A stretch of 64,000 nt of DNA from Eledone cirrhosa. Its lineage: Eukaryota. Both the position numbers and the translations under genes were made by a program. Shown one piece after another: positions 56,614 through 64,000 of the stretch. Where the stretch lies: NCBI GenBank assembly GCA_964016885.1, contig OZ024745.1, forward strand, positions 56,048,001 through 56,112,000, written 5' to 3'. Under the pieces are notes generated by a model. It saw nothing but the letters and a program-made list of their open reading frames with translations. It searched no databases and was not told the origin of the DNA. Position 1 is the stretch's first letter; every line of letters starts with the position of its first letter.

Positions 56614-57074
56614 TTAGTCAGTTCTTAGATATGCCAGCTCTGTGTTTATAGTGTTGATGGTATCAGAGCCTTGGGACATATGAGCTTGTTAGGAATAATT
56701 TAATGTTGTCAGCAGGAATTGTCTTGATTCTCATTGGTCAGTTTGTAGATGGTAGTAGGTTTGGTATTTGACCTTAAAGAGGCAGGTGGTGTTGTAAAGT
56801 TCAAACCCTCAGGCAAGATGACAATAGTTCCATATGACTGATTTTCACAAAAAGCATTCCTGGTCAGATATATATTCAATTAATAGTATGAAATAGATAC
56901 TACAGGTCATTCTTAAATTGAGGAATTTAGGTGGAGTCGTGCTACTGAATTTTATGGTTAGAGTAGAGTAGAAAATTTACAAATAAAAAGACGTATGTAG
57001 GTTGGCTTGCACGTACACTCACACACACAAATATATATATATCTGTGTGTGTGTGTGTGTGTGTTTCTATTATA

Positions 57075-57195
57075 ATAGAAATAAATTCTACAGTAGTAGA
57101 ACTGTTTCATTCGAAGTAATTCATCAGGAAAGCCCTTCTTTCCTGATGACTTGCTTCTAATGAAACAGTTCTAGTCCTGTAGAAGCCATTTCTAT
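57075..57195. ncRNA. Two back-to-back hammerheads on opposite strands forming an imperfect palindrome
   Basis: Plus 57139-57185: UUUC-CUGAUGA-CUU..AAU-GAAACAG-UUCUAGUC-CUGUA-GAAG. Minus 57085-57131: UUC-CUGAUGA-AUU..AAU-GAAACAG-UUCUACUA-CUGUA-GAA. Confidence 0.8.
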
Positions 57196-57278
57196 ATTTA
57201 AAATGTATACTCTGCTATGTATTGAGTACCTTAATTACTATGGTTATCCATGATTAAACCCGGGACACACACACATAC

Positions 57279-57329
<51 letters not shown>

Positions 57330-57339
<10 letters not shown>

Positions 57340-58832
57340 AAATATGATAATAATGGAGCTGCGGCGTTGCAAATGGGATACATATGAAAAAGTGAGTCCT
57401 TCATCAGTGACCCTCCAACCGTCCTAGGCATTTCATCGCTTTAAGGGCCATATGCCTCAGGTTGGTGCGAACAACGGCTAAAAAAAGTCGTTGGGACACG
57501 TAAACAAAGGGGAGGCCAGGGTAACAACAAAAAAGTTTAAGCAACGGAAAGTGAGAAGAAATAGACAAGTCCCAGATCTCTATGAATATAAACTCGGTAA
57601 AATCTTGAACAAGAGACAAAAGACCATCAAACCTGGTTGAAATGTGAGCAAGGAAAGAATTTCGCCCAAGTTTGACGGGGGGGGGGGGAAGAGAGATAGA
57701 AAGGAGAGAAGAGGAAGAAGAAGAAGAAGAAGAAGAAGAAGAAGATAAAGGGGTCTGGTCTACGAATTCGGTAAACGTAAGTTTTGTGAAATCGCAGACG
57801 AAAGAGAGAGAGAAAAAAATTCCATACCAGCTTGGTCAAGACCGCGCGAGAAAAGAATTACACACAGGTCAAACTTGAAGGAGGAGGAGGAAAGAGGAGG
57901 AGGAGAGGTAGTGACAGAGAATGAGTGAGTGGTCTCTTGTTCAAGATTTCACCGAGTTTATATTCATAGAGATCTGGGACTTGTCTATTTCTTCTCACTT
58001 TCCGTTGCTTAAACTTTTTTGTTGTTACCCTAGCGTCCCCTTTGTTTACGTGTCCCAACGACTTTTTTTAGCCGTTGTTCGCACCAACCTGAGGCATATG
58101 GCCCTTAAAGCGATGAAATGCCTAGGACGGTTGGAGGGTCACTGATGAAGGACTCACTTTTTCATATGTATCCCATTTGCAACGCTGCAGCTCCATTATT
58201 ATCATATTTACACATATATTTTTTCCATGCTGCCACTCGTCTGTTTCGTTACTTGTATCTTTACCCTTTCTAGCAGTCTCTCTCTCTGTTAGCCTCCTCC
58301 TCAACTTTCACTCACTCATTCTCTGTCACTACCTCTCCTCCTCCTTCAAGTTTGACCTGTGTGTAATTCTTTTCTCGCGCGGTCTTGACCAAGCTGGTAT
58401 GGAATTTTTTTCTCTCTCTCTTTCGTCTGCGACTTCACAAAACTTACGTTTATCGAATTCGTAGACCAGACCCCTTTATCTTCTTCTTCTTCTTCTTCTT
58501 CCTCTTCTCTCCTTTCTATCTCTCTTTTTTCCTCCCCGTCAAACTTGGGCGAAATTCTTTCCTTGCTCACATTTCAACCAGGTTTGATGGTCTTTTGTCT
58601 CTTGTTCAAGATTTCACCGAGTTTATATTCATAGAGATCTGGGACTTGTCTATTTCTTCTCACTTTCCGTTGCTTAAACTTTTTTGTTGTTACCCTGGCG
58701 TCCCCTTTGTTTACGTGTCCCAACGACTTTTTTTAGCCGTTGTTCGCACCAACCTGAGGCATATGGCCCTTAAAGCGATGAAATGCCTAGGACGGTTGGA
58801 GGGTCACTGATGAAGGACTCACTTTTTCATAT
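57330..58832. mobile_element. Non-coding element: 665-nt unit present as a partial tandem (+) plus an inverted, permuted copy (-), between (TA)n tracts
   Basis: Direct repeat 57932-58168 = 58597-58832. 57330-57931 is the reverse complement of 58309-58596 joined to 57932-58219. A diverged relative lies at ~58880-59050. Confidence 0.9.
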
Positions 58833-59076
58833 ATATATATATATATATAAAAAACATGAGAAGAAAGAAGAATACTGCGTGGTTTGCACATGGGTTACAT
58901 ATGATAAAAATAGTCCTTCGTCAGTGATTTTGCAACCATCATTGGTATTACATCGCATTAAAAATCAGATACCTCAGGTTGGTGCGAGCAATAATCTAAA
59001 AAAAGTTATTGGGACCAGTAATCGCGTAAAGCGAGGGGGACAAGTGAACAACATAGAAGGATACGTATATATACAT

Positions 59077-59151
<75 letters not shown>

Positions 59152-60887
59152 AGATGACTACACACATCAATACATACATACCAACAAACATGTTATATTT
59201 AGCATGCACCTCCATATTTCTATTATATATGACGTTCGCTATTTAGAGGATATATATATGTAGATATGTTGAATGCGGCTGTTTTTTCTTATATACTTTC
59301 TTTAAATATAAATCCATTAAATCATAACATATCACTTTACCTATTTTCATTATGGAAGATAATATTTCCGTACTTACTAGCAATTCTTGTTATTAGTATT
59401 GTTTGGATTATTGATATATTCTCATAGTAAAATGCATTATTTTATAATGGCTGAGTGAAACTGTCTAATCATCTAATTGAATATTTGCAAACATTGCAAA
59501 GTTTGTATTTTTTCTTTGAAAGAAAATTTTCCAAAATTGGAAATAAACCCATTAGTAAACTAATTACGAACTGGTAAAGCTATTATAGTATGATGCGCTT
59601 ACGATGTTTTGTAAAAGTGATTTACATACATCGACAGTGTATGCTGTTTTATATAGTACTACATTCACCTCATTATCACGAAATTCAAATGAAAAAGAAT
59701 TTTAGAGATATGCGATATGTGATATTGATAAATTTAAAGCAGTTGTCTGTATACTTTAAGCTAAAATCTGTCACATTATTGTAGAGTTCATTGTGACAAG
59801 CTCACTCTTAACCATCACACGGAGAGAGATTTGGCTTTTAGTCATAATATATTGGCAAAACAATTGATTAATTAATTGGATGTATCTTCAAAGACAAAGT
59901 AGTACCTCAGACTTCAAATACAGAAGGATAGTTAATAGCTTTTTTATATTTATAACATATTACTAATGAATTATTAAGAATGTTAGTGTAATTTTATAAC
60001 ACCACTCCTCTCTATATTTGAATTGTTACATATAACTTATCATACGAGTCACTTCATAGAACGTATGCAGTTTAGTGCTGCATTAGTTAATTAGTGATTT
60101 TTAATAATTTCCATTTTGGTATATCGCTATTATTTTTTTTTACCTTTCATTAACTCCGGAAAACCGAATATGTATTAATAGGAGATCAACTAATAGATTT
60201 TGCAGAATTTGACGTGACCTCAGGATTTCGGGTAAAAATATTACTTAGGGACAACGAAAGATGTGAGCATGATCAAAGAAAAAATAAAAAGGCAAAAGGT
60301 AAGAAGAAAGTTTGTAAGAATAAAAATGTAGAAATGAGGGAGGGAAACAAAGAAATAATGATGTAGAAAAGAAGGCAACACAGTTAGGAAGATGGTCAGC
60401 ATATCCACAGAGTTTATAAGGACAGAATAAAATCATAAGAATCGATACATCTATTGCATTATTTTGGATATTTTGTTGAGGAATCGTGGTGGCAAGTTAC
60501 GTATTTTAACATGTCAGCATATTTAAATAGTTTACTTTAAGTGTTTAAATTTTGAAGAAATGGTAAGTTAAATTTGGAAGAAATTGAGAAACAACATAAC
60601 TATTGTCTTTTGATATATAAAGTTAAATAAATAATGAAACGTCGATGAATGGGAGTGTGAAATGAAAGACATTAATAAATCACGAAAAGATAAAGGTATA
60701 GAAAATAGACGAAGCAGTACAATCTCACAAGTCTACAAATGCTTTTTCTGAAGTCTAAAATGAATGTTTATATCCACTGAATCGTACACAAAGAAACTCG
60801 TGAATAGCAACAAAAAAACACGTATATATATATACCAACATGCAAGTGAATAATGCAGTGATGAAACAAAGTCTTAATTTTATTTAC

Positions 60888-61013
<126 letters not shown>

Positions 61014-61201
61014 TTATGTCAAATTCTACGTGTACGTGGGTACTTTCTTCAGTGAATACAATCACACATTCAAGCAACGATATATATATATATAAATGTG
61101 CACTATATATATATATATAGTGCAAATTTATACGGGAACAAAACAGAGAGGCAGACAAATAAAGGTTTATTAGGTTTACGCTTTTGAGAGCGGGGGGGAT
61201 T

Positions 61202-61942
61202 TTGAGTTAAGAACTCAGGGTAGTCCCTTACAATTAAATAGCTCTAAGAAAAAAGCTTTTCCGAGCCGTAGAATATAATTGAATAAACAAGAGAGATGAA
61301 CACTAATATAAACATACATGTGTTCGAATCGTAAGGACTAAAATTTGTTAGGGTGAAAAAATACTAACTACAGCAATATAGTTTGTTATCCTTAACTTTA
61401 AATATTAAATTAAGTTTATTCAATTATATTGTACGGCTCAGAAAAGCTTTTTTCTTAGAGCTATTTAATTGTAACGGACTACGTTGAGTTCTTAACTCAA
61501 TATATATTTGTCGGCTCCATTATGTAGAGCTAATTTTTATTGTCCAGTTAGCCAGGCTGCTATTTTTAGCGGCAGGGAATTTCGAGACAAGCTGGGTTCC
61601 AAATGACACGTGCGATAATTCATATCGTACACAATTCATTCTCTAATATTTTTAGAAGTGGAAGGATTACTAATATCTCAACAACTACTGAGGAGCAGAG
61701 AAACGTTAAAACTTCACTTAATAAGTCGTTGCGAAACAGTCTCCAACACTGTCTAGTTGTTACCAGGCATATTTGCCCAATATAGGTCTGTTATTTTTCT
61801 TTATTTTTCTTAATTTAATATTTAAAGTTAAGGATAAGAAACTATATTGCTGTAGTTAGTAATTTTTCACCCTAGCAAATTGTAGTCCTTACGATTCGAA
61901 CACATGTATGTTTATATTAGTGTTCATCTCTCTTGTTTATTC

Positions 61943-61950
<8 letters not shown>
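61202..61950. mobile_element. Complex double-inverted element (A-B-A'-spacer-B') with a hammerhead in the spacer
   Basis: 61202-61288 is inverted at 61414-61500; 61273-61414 is inverted at 61809-61950; ends in (TA)n. Confidence 0.85.
61681..61760 (+). ncRNA. Full type I hammerhead ribozyme
   Basis: ACAACUA-CUGAGGA-GCA...UGC-GAAACAGU-CUCCAAC-ACU-GUC-UAGUUGU: 7-bp stem I, 5-bp stem III, GUC site. Confidence 0.85.
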
Positions 61951-62004
<54 letters not shown>

Positions 62005-62010
62005 TTCTGG

Positions 62011-62052
<42 letters not shown>

Positions 62053-62105
62053 CCAGAAAGAAGAGTGACACGGTTTGCTATTTAAAAAAGGTTTTTAATC
62101 ACATT

Positions 62106-62210
62106 GCTGACAATTGTTTCTCTGAACTGGTAGGTTTAGAGATCGCTACCCGCCTGTTTCGCGTCATTCGATCACCAATACATAGTTGTAACCAGTCAAT
62201 TCATCAGAGC
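62106..62210 (-). ncRNA. Type I hammerhead with long stem II insertion
   Basis: GCU-CUGAUGA-AUUGACUGGU...ACCAGUUCAGA-GAAAC-AAUU-GUC-AGC, inside a ~290-bp insert between (TA)n tracts. Confidence 0.65.
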
Positions 62211-62335
62211 TAGTGAGAATGAAGGGAATACACGGGCATGGCTTCTTTAGCCAAGCGTTGATATCATCCACTACTCGGCGTACCCTAACTGGACTACACC
62301 TAAGTGGACTATCTATAACAATAATCTGTTATCCC

Positions 62336-62391
<56 letters not shown>

Positions 62392-64000
62392 CTATGAGGT
62401 AATTAGACTCACCTACTTGCAATTGGTGAGGCGTCGTGAGTACGGTTACACACACCGGAGAGGTTAACTCCATGATAATAATACGTGTGATCCTTGTAAT
62501 TGCCTTGTTATCTTGCTTTGGCGTGTCATTAGACACATACCTGCGTTGATGTGTGTAGTCATCTTGTTGTGCAGATATTTCTTCACAAGTCCCACATCGG
62601 TGGAGCAGCGCTAACGTATGCAGATTCGACAGACTAGAAGCACATAGTCACAAATCTATTCATTAGGGGCTCGAGTCATATCTTAACGTCACTTCCCTGT
62701 TAACCTGAACAGCAACATGCTTCGGCGGAGTCCTGAACCTCATGGATGCAAATTTTAGGGACGCTGCTCAAGCGTACCATATAGGAAGGGTCTATTTCTG
62801 TTTATGTTATTATGCATGAAATTGCAATGAACAGACTGCTGCATCTTCACCTCACCAGCCACCTTGCATGGGTACAATTTCGGAAATTAAATTAATATTG
62901 CACAGCAGATTGAGATAGTAATGCCAGTTTACGCAACAGCTTGGAAGACCGCACAGTCGTTATGATGCACGGGAGACGATACCAAAACAAAGAACGGACA
63001 GAAAATTTACGGATAACCTTCTACAACACATACAGACATAAAAAGATTGCATTTAGAAATAAATAGACAAGGGTTCTAGAATGCGCAACCTATTATCGCT
63101 GGAAAGAATGAAAAGTTGAAAGTTTTGAATTCCGTCAGTGGAACGTGGTTGAGTTAGATATCATAATACGTGAGCCCTGCTACGTACCACGGCTAAGATA
63201 AACGATATATAAATAGTTTAAAATACAAAAAAAAATAAAAAATAAAAAATAAAAAGTAAAAAATTTCATTAGCTGATATATTATATTGAAGCTTACGAAA
63301 TTATACACGTAATAGTTACCTTAGAAGCTTGGTAAATTTAATAATAAAATGTTTTTCATGTTCCCGAATTTCGAAATGATAATATGCATATATATATATA
63401 TACAGATAACCATACATACAAACTTATATACATACATACAAACATATATACATACATACATAAAAACATGGATATATACATACATTCATACATACACAGG
63501 CCCCCACCTCCCCCCATATACATATATATATATATATATATATGCGTGTGTGTCTGTGTGTGCGCGCTTGGGCGTGCGTATGTGTGCCTGCGTTTGTTTT
63601 TGCTTTTACGTGTGTTTATGTGTGTATGTATTACGTAATTGCACTAATTAAACACCTCAAAGAATCAACTATAAGGGAAGAAAATATATTATATAAAAAA
63701 CACATCATAAGCAGGGGAACAAGTAAGATAAATTTAAATTAGATAATCATGGTGGTAACTTATATATAATAATACCTGATAGAATTTTTGAGAAGAGAAC
63801 GTATGGAAGAATCAATAATATTGATTGATGTAATTAGCAGAACTTCTCTATATATGCTAGAAGAAGTTAATGTTTTGAGATGAATGTAATATTTTGGGGA
63901 ATAATTTACAAAATTAATTTGTGAGCATGTAAGCTTAAAAGTAATGTTAATTAAAGTGTATGTTACCAGTAAATTGCTTCAATTGTGCAAGAAGTTATAT

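Noticed and set aside
57404-58810. Repeated ORFs with poly-Glu or poly-Phe
   Set aside because: They arise from a (GAA)n tract and duplication of a non-coding repeat unit; no domain is recognisable.

Overview
AT-rich, microsatellite-dense eukaryotic DNA, most likely intergenic or intronic sequence from a cephalopod (Octopus-like). That assignment is inferred from the 5S rRNA variant and the tRNA-type SINE family. No host protein-coding gene could be supported, and most predicted ORFs are translations of (TA)n/(CA)n tracts. The window is mostly mobile-element remains: a 5'-truncated Ty3/Gypsy element (15.5-19.5 kb), a young Penelope-like element (PLE) with inverted pseudo-LTRs and a 556-aa RT/GIY-YIG ORF (32.8-35.0 kb), older PLE remnants, decayed RTE-, CR1/L2- and Tx1-like LINEs, Helitron remnants, SINEs and a solitary 5S rRNA copy inside a (TA)n tract. 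The most striking signal is a set of short, non-coding, often fold-back (inverted-repeat) elements from many unrelated sequence families, almost all lodged in or against (TA)n tracts. More than 20 complete, variant or half type-I hammerhead ribozyme motifs were read by eye across these elements and the PLE ends. All alignments and folds were done manually, so coordinates may be off by a few bases.
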